Shown here in pieces: positions 17,933 to 27,088 of a stretch of 64,000 bases of DNA (position 1 is the first letter of the stretch; every line of letters starts with the position of its first letter). The notes beneath the pieces are model-generated. The model was not told the DNA's origin. It saw nothing but the letters and a program-made list of their open reading frames with translations, and did not search any database. The translations under genes and the position numbers were made by a program. The stretch is from contig JACOSB010000120.1 in the NCBI GenBank assembly GCA_016179105.1, positions 489-64,488 on the forward strand, in the 5' to 3' direction. This DNA comes from Candidatus Acetothermia bacterium (GTDB lineage: Bacteria > Bipolaricaulota > Bipolaricaulia > RBG-16-55-9 > DRXL01).

Positions 17933-19756
17933 ATGGCGCGTGTACGCAGAATCAGCATCTTATTGGCTGGGTTCGTCTTGGCACTCAGTAGTGTGAGCAC
18001 GACAACCGGGGCAGCAGATCCAGCAGCATCCTTCAATGTCCTCGTCGAGGAGCAAGCCTCCGAGTATCGCTTCTCGGTTCAAGCAGAGGGCGTAACTTCA
18101 GTGCGGGTCGCTATCTTGCGCTTGGATGGTCGACAGGTCTTTCAGAGCGATTGGGTCGCGGGTCAGACGGTTATCTGGTCACTTGCTACATCATCAAACC
18201 AGACTCCTACCAATGGAGTCTATCTGTACGCGGTGAGCGCTCGCGATCATCAGGGCCGTGAGCAACGCAAACTGGGTAAGCTGGTCGTTTTCTTCGGAGC
18301 GGAGTCCTCACTGAGCCTGCCTAGCTTGGACCAGTTAGCAGGGAGTCAGCCTTCGGCGCTTCCCAGCGGAGTGAAATGGCAAGAGAAATTGGGCAAAGAT
18401 AGCGTGGATAATTTTCGGATTCAGCGTCAGCCTGGCAAAGGACAGTCTTTCCAGAATTTGCTCATGCTGGACAATGCCGGAAATTTGAGCGTGGCGCAAC
18501 TCTGCTTGAGTGGAGTCTGCTTCGCCAGCTGGCCGAGTGGCGGAGGAGGAACCTTCACGTTAGCAGATGGGTCCGTCACTTTAGCCAAGCTGGCGAACCA
18601 GGACTGCGGAGCGGGCAATGCGATCCGGGGCTGGACCGGTGGCGTGTTGAACTGCATCAGTGTCGGAGGTGGGGGAGGAGTGCCCAGCGGCTGGGTCGAT
18701 GATGGCACGGTCGTACGGTTGGCTAATGCGACGGAGAGTGTCGGAATCGGCACAAACATACCTACGTCACTCTTGCACTTGCGCAAGGACGTGCCGGCGG
18801 GCCTCGGTCCAACGCTGACCTTGTACAATGGCGGCGGCAGCGGAGGTGCGGCGGACTCCATAGACTTTTTCACCTACTCGTCCCCCACCCCAACTTCGCC
18901 CACGGCTCGGATCATGAGCATTGATGACGGCAGCTTCAGTAATCACCTGGCATTTTTCACCAGGATTCCAGGGGACAATGGCAATGCGCTGTTGGAGCGG
19001 ATGCGGATCGCTTCGAACGGCGATGTCGGCATTACTGGCAACGTCGGCATCGGGACTACTAGCTCCCCTGGTCTGCGCCTGGCAGTCGTCGGCAACATCG
19101 GCAACACTAGTATCTTGGGACTGAATGTCTATAACGAAGGCTTTGTACAAATTGGCACCCTTTATGGCTCCTCCACCTTGCACGCATGTTATAGCACCAT
19201 CTTGCCTTTCGCCTTCGCCGCGTGCAGCTCGGCCGCCGAGTATGTGCCATCCATTGACAACGGTGCGGGTTTTCCCGAAACCGCCGACCTTGTAAGCATC
19301 GCGCCCGCCGTCACTAATCCTTACGGCGACACGCACGGCCCTTTCACCGTCCAGAAATCCACCATGTCGTGCGATCCGAACCTACTCGGCTTTATCGTGA
19401 AACCCGAATCGGGCGCCAACGGCAAGAAACTGAACGACCACTATCTCCCGCTCGCCATCTATGGCTACTTCCCGGCCAAAGTCACGCTGGAGAATGGGCC
19501 CATCAAGCGCGGGGATCCGATCACGTCTAGTTCCAAGCCAGGCTACGGAATGAAAGCAACGCAAGCCTGCAAGGTCATCGGCTATGCGCTCGAAGACGCA
19601 GACAAAGAAGGCACGATCCAAGTCTTCGCGCATCTGAGCGAGAATGCTGCGCCGGAAGTTGCAGCACTGCGAGCGCAGGTGCAAGAGTTGAAACAACAAT
19701 TACAACAAGTGCTCAGCCAGATAGAGACAATGAAAACCAAGGAGGGATCACGATGA
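17933..19756 (+). CDS. Secreted tail-fibre-like protein A2 (N-terminal GVYLY domain; type-X C-terminal chaperone-like domain + coiled coil)
   Basis: RBS AAGGAGG; signal peptide; NGVYLYAV; GWVDDG..VRLA; ERMRI..NG.VGI; CSSAAEYVP...KVT.ENGPIKRGDPITSSSKPGYGMKA (Peptidase_G2-like). Confidence 0.85.
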   Translation: MARVRRISILLAGFVLALSSVSTTTGAADPAASFNVLVEEQASEYRFSVQAEGVTSVRVAILRLDGRQVFQSDWVAGQTVIWSLATSSNQTPTNGVYLYAVSARDHQGREQRKLGKLVVFFGAESSLSLPSLDQLAGSQPSALPSGVKWQEKLGKDSVDNFRIQRQPGKGQSFQNLLMLDNAGNLSVAQLCLSGVCFASWPSGGGGTFTLADGSVTLAKLANQDCGAGNAIRGWTGGVLNCISVGGGGGVPSGWVDDGTVVRLANATESVGIGTNIPTSLLHLRKDVPAGLGPTLTLYNGGGSGGAADSIDFFTYSSPTPTSPTARIMSIDDGSFSNHLAFFTRIPGDNGNALLERMRIASNGDVGITGNVGIGTTSSPGLRLAVVGNIGNTSILGLNVYNEGFVQIGTLYGSSTLHACYSTILPFAFAACSSAAEYVPSIDNGAGFPETADLVSIAPAVTNPYGDTHGPFTVQKSTMSCDPNLLGFIVKPESGANGKKLNDHYLPLAIYGYFPAKVTLENGPIKRGDPITSSSKPGYGMKATQACKVIGYALEDADKEGTIQVFAHLSENAAPEVAALRAQVQELKQQLQQVLSQIETMKTKEGSR

Positions 19757-21894
19757 GATTCAAGAATCGACGTTGGCTCTGGGTCGTGCTGTTGCTGCTC
19801 ATGGCGGTGAGAGCAGCGGCTGGCCAAGCTGCCTCTTTCCAAGTGCAAGTCGAGCAGCAAGCCTTGGGCATCCGCTTCACCGTGCAAGACGTGAACGTCA
19901 CTTCCATGCGAGTCGAAGTCGCGGGCTTAGACGGTAGAACAATCTTTGCGAGCGGATGGAAATCAGATCGGTCGGTAACCTGGCCCATGGTCACTCCGCA
20001 AGAGCGATCAGCAGCGAACGGAGTCTATCTGTACGAGATCGTATTACGCGATCACGAGGGACGTGAGTATCGCAAACTTGGCAAGCTAGCGCTCGTGCAG
20101 GGACAAGAGCCGGCATTCAGTATGTCTACAGTGGGCGAACTCGCGGGAACAGGACCTGCAGTGGCGCAGTTTCCCCTGACCGCGGGAACGAGTTGGAGTC
20201 AACGTTTGGGTATTGATCGGTCGGACACATACCGGATTCAACGTCGTCCACCTAGAGTGACTGGAGGGCCTCCAACGACTTTTGAAAACCTGCTCCAACT
20301 CGAGGCCGATGGAAAGCTTCGCATCAAAGCACTGTGTTTGGGAACAGTCTTTGCGCCGGTGACCCCTCAGAACCCGGACAATCTTTCTAACGAAGGAGAC
20401 TGTCGCAGCAGCTGGTCCGGCGTGACTGGTGGAGGTACGACGAACGGATGGACGGATGATGGCGCGATCGTGCGCTTGGCTAACGCAACAGACAAGGTCG
20501 GCATCGGGACGACGAATCCGACTGAACTCTTAACCGTAGCCGGCAATATCGATGCGACCGGACAGAAGAGCAAGATACGATTTCAGTATGATACGTTGGC
20601 CGATCTTCCTTCTGCGGCGACCTATCATGGGATGTTCGCCCATGTGCACGCGACGGGCAAAGCCTATTTCGCCCATGCCGGGCAGTGGGTTGCGTTGGCG
20701 AATGAAGGCAGCAGCGGAGGCGCCTCTGCATGGTCGCTCTCTGGAAATAGTGGAACGAATCCCAGTACAAATTTCTTGGGAACAACCAGCAATACTGCGC
20801 TCGTCTTCCGTACAAATAACTTGGAACGAATGCGTCTCAGTGAAAATGGTAGTATCGTCATCGGAACGAACACTCCTTGCGTAGGCCAGAGGTTGCAGGT
20901 TACCAAGTTCGCTTCAGGGCTCGGCTGCCCAGCCCCAGATCTTCTTGACGTAGCTATCTTCGCGGAGAACAAAGACGGGCGTGCTGTCGTCGGTCAAAGC
21001 GCCGATGATGCAGGCATCGAAGGCATAAGCAATAGCAGCGCTGGTGTCTCCGGGCTCAGCAAAAATGGCGCGGGAGTGAAGGGCGTCAGCGGAGAGGCCA
21101 TCGACATAGGTGAGCGTGAATCAGGCGTGGGTGTAGTGGGTATTAGTGTCTCCGAGCTAGGAGCTGGTGTCCTGGGCCTCAATCTCAATGGTGGCATAGG
21201 TGTACAAGGCGAGAGTGGAAAGAATTTTGGCGTTGCTGGCAAGAGCGAAGAGAAGAGTGGGGTGCTTGGCATCAGCACAATGGAGGCGGGGGTAGCAGGT
21301 GTAAGTACTAAGAATTACGGCATTGCCGGTGGCAGTATCGAGAGCACGGGCGTGTATGGGGAAAGTCAGAACGGGACATATATATTTGAGGGTTTTGATG
21401 GAAATACCAACAACCGACGTTTTGCCGTGGAGCGGGCTACGGGAAATGTCAAAGCGTATGGCACCTTCACCGGCGGCGGCGTGGACTATGCCGATATGCT
21501 TCCCGTCACGGGCAAGCTATCCGACTATGAGCCGGGCGACGTGCTTGTCATCAGCCTGGATGGAAAGTTAACGAAATCATGGCAGCCGTATTCAACGGCG
21601 CTTGCCGGAGTCTATTCTACGAAACCTGCTTTTGTGGGTGATTCCCGCGGACTCACAGAAGATAGCCGAGCGATGGATGAAAATCTGGTTCCCGTGGCGC
21701 TCGTCGGACTCGTGCCGGTGAAAGTGAGCGCCGAGAACGGTCCGATTCATCCCGGAGATTTGCTCACAACTGCGAGTATCCCCGGACACGCGATGAAAGC
21801 CACGGACCCGAAAATTGGGACAATTCTTGGCAAGGCAATGCAGTCTCTAGAAAAAGGCACCGGCGTGATCAATGTGCTGGTGACCTTGCGCTAA
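19753..21894 (+). CDS. Secreted tail-fibre-like protein B1 (GxxGxS repeats; type-Y Peptidase_G2-like C-terminus)
   Basis: Signal peptide; NGVYLY; DKVGIGT; WSLSGN.GT...NFLGTT; ~10-aa GV.G.S repeats; DYADML...PGDVL...GVYSTKP...VPVKVSAENGPI.PGDLL...GTILGKA. Confidence 0.85.
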   Translation: MRFKNRRWLWVVLLLLMAVRAAAGQAASFQVQVEQQALGIRFTVQDVNVTSMRVEVAGLDGRTIFASGWKSDRSVTWPMVTPQERSAANGVYLYEIVLRDHEGREYRKLGKLALVQGQEPAFSMSTVGELAGTGPAVAQFPLTAGTSWSQRLGIDRSDTYRIQRRPPRVTGGPPTTFENLLQLEADGKLRIKALCLGTVFAPVTPQNPDNLSNEGDCRSSWSGVTGGGTTNGWTDDGAIVRLANATDKVGIGTTNPTELLTVAGNIDATGQKSKIRFQYDTLADLPSAATYHGMFAHVHATGKAYFAHAGQWVALANEGSSGGASAWSLSGNSGTNPSTNFLGTTSNTALVFRTNNLERMRLSENGSIVIGTNTPCVGQRLQVTKFASGLGCPAPDLLDVAIFAENKDGRAVVGQSADDAGIEGISNSSAGVSGLSKNGAGVKGVSGEAIDIGERESGVGVVGISVSELGAGVLGLNLNGGIGVQGESGKNFGVAGKSEEKSGVLGISTMEAGVAGVSTKNYGIAGGSIESTGVYGESQNGTYIFEGFDGNTNNRRFAVERATGNVKAYGTFTGGGVDYADMLPVTGKLSDYEPGDVLVISLDGKLTKSWQPYSTALAGVYSTKPAFVGDSRGLTEDSRAMDENLVPVALVGLVPVKVSAENGPIHPGDLLTTASIPGHAMKATDPKIGTILGKAMQSLEKGTGVINVLVTLR

Positions 21895-21920
21895 CTCAAA
21901 GTGAGAAACAGGAGGAAACA

Positions 21921-23804
21921 ATGAATCAATTCACTCATAGAGTCGTCATGGCGTTGGCAACATTCGCTCTGGCGATCGCCACGGGCAGTGTTGGAACAGT
22001 CTTGACAGCCAAGGCAGCGGAAGCGATTTCTTCTTCTTCAGTTCTGATCGAGCAACAAGCCGCGGGCGTTCGCTTCTCAGTGCAAGACGAGAGCACCGTT
22101 GCGTTGCGGCTGGAAGTCTTGAGCTTGGATGGAAGAAGAATCTTCCAGAGCGAATGGCGACCAGACAAGACCGTGGTATGGTCAGCAGCTCTCATCACTG
22201 GACAAACCGTCGCAAATGGAGTTTATCTCTACGCAATCAGCGTGCGCGACCGGGAGGGACGCGAGCAAAGAAAGCTGGGCAAGTTGGTTCTGGTGCAGGG
22301 ACTGGAGCCGCGGCTGAGCATCCCAGCAGTGAGCGAGTTGGTCACAACAGAACCCGCAGCGGCACAGTTCCCCCTTACTGCGGGAACGAGTTGGAGCCAA
22401 CGATTGGGTATTGACCGGTCAGACACGTATCGGATTCTGCGCCGACCAGCGCGTGTACCCGGTGGACCTGTCACTAGCTTCGAGCAATTGCTCCAGCTCG
22501 GAGCCAATGGAAGGCTGCACATTACAGAACTATGTTTGGGTACAGTCTTTGCTCCGTTCACTGCTCAGAACCCGGACAATCTTTCTAACGGAGGAGACTG
22601 TCGCAGCAGCTGGTCGGGTGTGACGGGTGGAGGTACGTCGAACGGATGGACGGATGATGGTGCGATCGTGCGACTGGCTACCGCGAGCGATAAGGTCGGC
22701 ATTGGCACGACCACGCCAGCACAAGCACTGGAAGTAAACGGGATTGCTTCTTTGGGAGCCCCTGGAGGAGTCTATGGATACTTGTTTGCAGCTCCCTCGC
22801 CAGGACCCTACCCAACCCTCGGGTTTAACACCTATGGGGCACCTTTCTATCTGGCAGGAGTTGCGGGATATGGTGGTATCCTCCAGTTTCAGGATGGGGA
22901 TGGAAAGCTCATTTACTATACCGGCTCGAACGTGGCTGCAGGAGCAGCACATGTCAATACCCCACGATTCGCGATAGATAAGGACGGCAACGTCGGAGTC
23001 GGCACCACCACCCCGACCGCGAAACTTTCGGTTCAGACCGGGACAGGCTTTTATGGCTTCATCCACACCGATGGCGCCATTGTTGTAGGTTCGTATGTGG
23101 GGGGCAGCGCGTCAGGTGCCGTCGGCGGGTGGCTTGGCACCAAGTCGAATCACCAACTTCACTTCTTCACCAACAACGGCCAGCCCAGCATGACGATCGA
23201 CACCGCTGGCAGAGTGGGTATCGGGACGTTCAGCCCGAGTGCCACGCTGGATGTCAACGGGGGCATCCAGGCTAATAGCTTGACGGCGCCGGCGGGTCTG
23301 TTCCTGAACGCCTCGACCGGCCGCATCGCCCTGCGGACGACGACTGGGGGGCTGTTTGCGGAGCGGATGACGATCCTGGACAACGGCAATGTCGGCATCG
23401 GCACCACCAGTCCCACAAACCCCTTACAGATGGGCAGTGGTGCATTCGTCTCCGCTGGAGGCATCTGGACCAATGCGTCAGACCGTAACCTGAAGGAGCA
23501 CTTCACTCCGGTGGACAGTTACACCGTGCTGAAGACACTGGCTGCGCTCCCCATCACCGCTTGGAATTACAAGACGGAAGGAGCTTCCATCCAGCATATT
23601 GGCCCGGTAGCGCAGGACTTCTATGCCGCGTTCAAGTTGGGACAGGACAACAAGCACATCAGCACGATTGACGCGAACGGAGTGGCACTGCTCTCGATCC
23701 AGGCGCTCTATGAGCTGAGCTTGGAGAAAGACAAACAGATCGAGGATTTGCAGCAGCGTATCGAGAAGCTGGAGAAGCTTGTGGAGATGTTGACAAAGAA
23801 ATAA
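21921..23804 (+). CDS. Secreted tail-fibre-like protein B2 with C-terminal Peptidase S74 intramolecular chaperone
   Basis: RBS AGGAGG; signal peptide; NGVYLY; four G.VG[IV]GT joints; SDRNLKE (Ser-Lys dyad), W.YK, IGPVAQD, then coiled coil. Confidence 0.88.
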   Translation: MNQFTHRVVMALATFALAIATGSVGTVLTAKAAEAISSSSVLIEQQAAGVRFSVQDESTVALRLEVLSLDGRRIFQSEWRPDKTVVWSAALITGQTVANGVYLYAISVRDREGREQRKLGKLVLVQGLEPRLSIPAVSELVTTEPAAAQFPLTAGTSWSQRLGIDRSDTYRILRRPARVPGGPVTSFEQLLQLGANGRLHITELCLGTVFAPFTAQNPDNLSNGGDCRSSWSGVTGGGTSNGWTDDGAIVRLATASDKVGIGTTTPAQALEVNGIASLGAPGGVYGYLFAAPSPGPYPTLGFNTYGAPFYLAGVAGYGGILQFQDGDGKLIYYTGSNVAAGAAHVNTPRFAIDKDGNVGVGTTTPTAKLSVQTGTGFYGFIHTDGAIVVGSYVGGSASGAVGGWLGTKSNHQLHFFTNNGQPSMTIDTAGRVGIGTFSPSATLDVNGGIQANSLTAPAGLFLNASTGRIALRTTTGGLFAERMTILDNGNVGIGTTSPTNPLQMGSGAFVSAGGIWTNASDRNLKEHFTPVDSYTVLKTLAALPITAWNYKTEGASIQHIGPVAQDFYAAFKLGQDNKHISTIDANGVALLSIQALYELSLEKDKQIEDLQQRIEKLEKLVEMLTKK

Positions 23805-23869
23805 GTGAGGCTTCAGAGAACAAGAGCTGAGATGAGAAGGGCCGGGCAGCGTTCGCTTGGCCCTGTTTG

Positions 23870-23899
23870 CGTAGGGGCGAGGCATGCCTCGCCCCTACG
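23870..23899. repeat. GTAG-type REP palindrome between convergent genes
   Basis: Perfect palindrome CGTAGGGGCGAGGCATGCCTCGCCCCTACG. Confidence 0.85.
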
Positions 23900-23906
23900 G
23901 GACCAA

Positions 23907-26900
23907 TCATTCTGTGCTCGTGTCTAACGCATACTCGATCGCCTGCTCGAGCGTCAGTGATTGACCTTGGGTCCAGGCAGCTGCAAAAACTTTCTCCTCA
24001 AGCTTCTCACGGATTGTAGCTACAGTGCGATCAAAAGCAGCGCGATTGGTCGGCGGCAAAGAAGCACGCATGGCCCCGCGCAGAGCCGCGACGGCTCCGC
24101 AAAGATGAGCAGCGCGCACAAGCTGACCTTGGGCGAGCGAAACCACTCCCGTCCCTTCGAGTAAGAACGCGATGTTCCATTTATCTCGCAACTCCCGTTG
24201 CAAGAGTAGTCCCTCTTCATAGAGCGCATGAGCGGATGCATAATCACTTTGTTTTAGGGCAACACTGCCCAGATTATTGAGAGAGTTGGCGAGGCCCGGC
24301 TTGTCTCCTAGCTCACGACGTAAAGCCAGACTTTTTTCATAGAGCGTTCGCGCTGTTTGGTAGTCCCCTTGATTCTCTGCTACACTCCCCAAGTTGTTGA
24401 ACAAATAAGAGATGGCTTGTTTGTTCCCCAACTTTGTGTTGATCTCGAGGCTCTCTTCATAGAATGCTTTGGCTTGCGTATACTCACCCTGGGCTCGCGC
24501 GATGAGCCCTAAATTGTTGAGCAAGATAGCAATGCCGGCGGCGTCTCCTAATTTACGAGAGAGATTCAAGCCCTCCTCAGAGAGGGAGCGCGCCCGTGTA
24601 TACTCACCCTGCTTCCAGGCGATCGACCCCAAATTCTGAAGAGTTTTTGCCATGTCTCTCTCGCCTCCCAGACCTCGAAAGATCGCTAGACTTTCTTCGT
24701 GATAAGAACGTGCTGTGAGATAATCTCCTTGTCCTTCAGCCAGAGTGCCGGCCGCGTTGAGCGCCTTGGCACTCGTGATAGTCCTCTTGAGACTCCCGGC
24801 CTGTGCAAGGACAGAAGCCACTTGTGATCGCCCTTCTGTGAGATAGCCGCGAACAAGCCAGAAAGCACTGAGTGCGGTTACCATGCGCAACCCAGCTTCC
24901 GTTTTTCTTCTATCTTTGGCATATTCGAGTGCACTGCGCAGATTGTCTTGCTCTTGCTCCAATCGCTCCAGCCAGCTGGATTGAGCGGGCCCCTGCAGTT
25001 CGGACTCTGCTTTTTCTGCCAGAGCAAGGAACCAATCAAGATGGCGCTCGCGCAAGACCGATTCTTCTTTGGAATCAAGAAGTTTCTCCCGACCGAACTG
25101 GCGCACGGTCTCTAGCAGGCGATACCGTGTCTCTCCGTCTCGCTGATCCACAAGCACTAGCGACTTGTCTATGAGGTGAGTCAGTAAATCCAAAATTTCT
25201 GTAAGGGCGATTCGTGAATCGCCCTTACGAAGATCATCTCTTGCACAGATCGTCTCTACGGCCTCCAACGTAAACCCGCCCGCGAAGATAGACAACCTGC
25301 GCAGCAATGTTTGCTCAGCGGATGAGAGCAGATCGTAGCTCCAGTCCATCGCAGCCTGTAGAGTTTGTTGTCGCGGAAGCGCCGTCCGGCTGCCGCTCGT
25401 GAGCAACCGGAAGCGATCGTCCAGCCGCGCCGCGATCTCTGTGACAGACAAAACTTTCACGCGTGCCGCCGCGAGCTCGATGGCCAAGGGCAAGCCATCC
25501 AGCTTCTGGCAGATCTGCATCACCGCAGGGGCATTTTGTAGGTTCAATCCAAATTCCGGTTGACTAGAGAGTGCCCGCTCGACGAATAAGCTTATAGCTT
25601 CGTATTGTTTTAAAATCTTCAAAGGCAAGGAATCGTGAGCGTCGGGCTGCACGAGCGGAGGCACTTGCCAAACCGTCTCTCCTGCGATGCCCAGCGCCTC
25701 ACGGCTCGTGGCCAAGACCTGAAGATCTGGGCAGGTGTGCAATAGAGTCTCTGTCATGTGCGCACAGGCACTGATCAAGTGCTCACAATTGTCTAGAACC
25801 AGGAGCATTTGTTTGGATTTTAGATAGTCTGAGAGTGCGTCTGTCAACGAACATTGCTGTGTCTCGCGCACTCCCAAGGCAGACGCGATGGCTTGCGGGA
25901 CGAGCTTTGGGTCGGAGATGGATGCCAATTCTACCCACCAGACTCCATCCGAGTAGTCTTTCACCATACTTGCGGAAACTTGCAACGCGAGGCGTGTCTT
26001 GCCGCTGCCCCCGGCTCCAGTGAGAGTAAGTAATCTCGTCGTGTTGAGTAACCATTTCACTTTGACAATCTCGCGCTCGCGCCCGATGAAGCTGGTCACA
26101 GAGCTGGGCAGATTGTGCCGTGCCGGACTCGCGGGCGGCGGGTAGCCTTGGCTGGAACGCTCTCCACGCACAATCTGCTCGTGCAATGTGCACGTCTCGG
26201 GCGACGGTTTTGCACTCAAGTGCTCTTCCATTACTTTGGCACACTCGGCATAAACTTGCAGTGCTTCGCTGTGCTGCCCTGCGAGCGAGTGATAGAGCAT
26301 CTGCTGGCGATAGACGCTCTCGCGTGTGAGCTCTTGTTTCAAGATTTTTCCGCATTGTTCGAGTGCTTGTGGATACTGCCCCAGACGCGCATGGCATTCG
26401 GCGCATTGCGAAAGCGCGGTCAGATAGAGCTCTCGCCAATGTTGACGCGGGCTGAGCGTCCACTCTTCATAAAGGTCTTCGGCCAAGAAATCACCCTGAT
26501 AGAGATCGAGAGCTTGGCGATATGTGTCCAATGCTTCCGGCCAGCGCCCGGCTCGTTCTGAGGCTTGGGCAGTCTCCATCTTCTTTTGGAATTCTTCGGT
26601 GTCGAGCCAACAGGAAGAATCTTTGCTAAAAGAATATCCACCCTGGCGCTTACTCACGATGTAGTGTGAGTCCAAGCTCTTGTCAAGATTAGGCTCTAAT
26701 GCGTGGCGCAGTTCTCCGATGCGTCCGTAGAGATTCTTCGCGGCTTTCGCGGGCTCAAGGTCGGGAAAGAGTGCTTCGATCAGTTGGTCCGGGCTGAAGA
26801 TTTTTCCCCGGTCGGTGAGCAGGATTTTCAAGAGCGACAACGTCTTGTGGCGCCCCCAGGCTTGGGCAGGGACGAGCGCATCCTCACGCCAGACTTCAAA

Positions 26901-26948
26901 GCGACCAAACAGCTTGACCCGGAGTCCTTTGGTGCTCGTCCCGCTCAT
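23907..26948 (-). CDS. SARP/AfsR-type regulator 2: wHTH + BTAD + STAND NTPase + TPR array
   Basis: VKLFG.FEV; LYQGDFLAEDLYEEW; HNLPS.VTSFIGRE; GAGGSGKT; LLVLDNCEH; GLPLAIELAA; TPRs. Start 26948 is preferred (GGGAG RBS; TATAAT overlaps the 26978 ATG). Confidence 0.93.
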   Translation of the reverse strand: MSGTSTKGLRVKLFGRFEVWREDALVPAQAWGRHKTLSLLKILLTDRGKIFSPDQLIEALFPDLEPAKAAKNLYGRIGELRHALEPNLDKSLDSHYIVSKRQGGYSFSKDSSCWLDTEEFQKKMETAQASERAGRWPEALDTYRQALDLYQGDFLAEDLYEEWTLSPRQHWRELYLTALSQCAECHARLGQYPQALEQCGKILKQELTRESVYRQQMLYHSLAGQHSEALQVYAECAKVMEEHLSAKPSPETCTLHEQIVRGERSSQGYPPPASPARHNLPSSVTSFIGREREIVKVKWLLNTTRLLTLTGAGGSGKTRLALQVSASMVKDYSDGVWWVELASISDPKLVPQAIASALGVRETQQCSLTDALSDYLKSKQMLLVLDNCEHLISACAHMTETLLHTCPDLQVLATSREALGIAGETVWQVPPLVQPDAHDSLPLKILKQYEAISLFVERALSSQPEFGLNLQNAPAVMQICQKLDGLPLAIELAAARVKVLSVTEIAARLDDRFRLLTSGSRTALPRQQTLQAAMDWSYDLLSSAEQTLLRRLSIFAGGFTLEAVETICARDDLRKGDSRIALTEILDLLTHLIDKSLVLVDQRDGETRYRLLETVRQFGREKLLDSKEESVLRERHLDWFLALAEKAESELQGPAQSSWLERLEQEQDNLRSALEYAKDRRKTEAGLRMVTALSAFWLVRGYLTEGRSQVASVLAQAGSLKRTITSAKALNAAGTLAEGQGDYLTARSYHEESLAIFRGLGGERDMAKTLQNLGSIAWKQGEYTRARSLSEEGLNLSRKLGDAAGIAILLNNLGLIARAQGEYTQAKAFYEESLEINTKLGNKQAISYLFNNLGSVAENQGDYQTARTLYEKSLALRRELGDKPGLANSLNNLGSVALKQSDYASAHALYEEGLLLQRELRDKWNIAFLLEGTGVVSLAQGQLVRAAHLCGAVAALRGAMRASLPPTNRAAFDRTVATIREKLEEKVFAAAWTQGQSLTLEQAIEYALDTSTE
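25201..25228. repeat. REP-like palindrome in-frame inside regulator 2
   Basis: GTAAGGGCGATTC-GT-GAATCGCCCTTAC; read as RKGDSRIALT. Confidence 0.8.
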
Positions 26949-27021
26949 GAGATACTCCCATCGCCCTGCTGCGCTCATTATACGCCAGTTTGCTCGAAAT
27001 CGCCGCCATCCGGAAGAAGGG

Positions 27022-27054
27022 TGTGACCTAACTGTAACCTTCTTCTTCTATGCT
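27022..27054 (+). promoter_or_regulatory. Putative SARP-activated promoter 2
   Basis: TGTGACCT (27022) / TGTAACCT (27033), 11-bp period; 8 nt gap; TATGCT at 27049-27054. Confidence 0.7.
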
Positions 27055-27088
27055 CAATGCAATGGAGAAATCCCAAGGAGGGATCAAG

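Noticed and set aside
9127-26948. Avs-type antiphage STAND defence genes
   Set aside because: The N-terminal effector is a DNA-binding wHTH-BTAD activator, not a nuclease, TIR, SIR2 or protease. Phage sensing by the TPRs cannot be excluded but has no support here.
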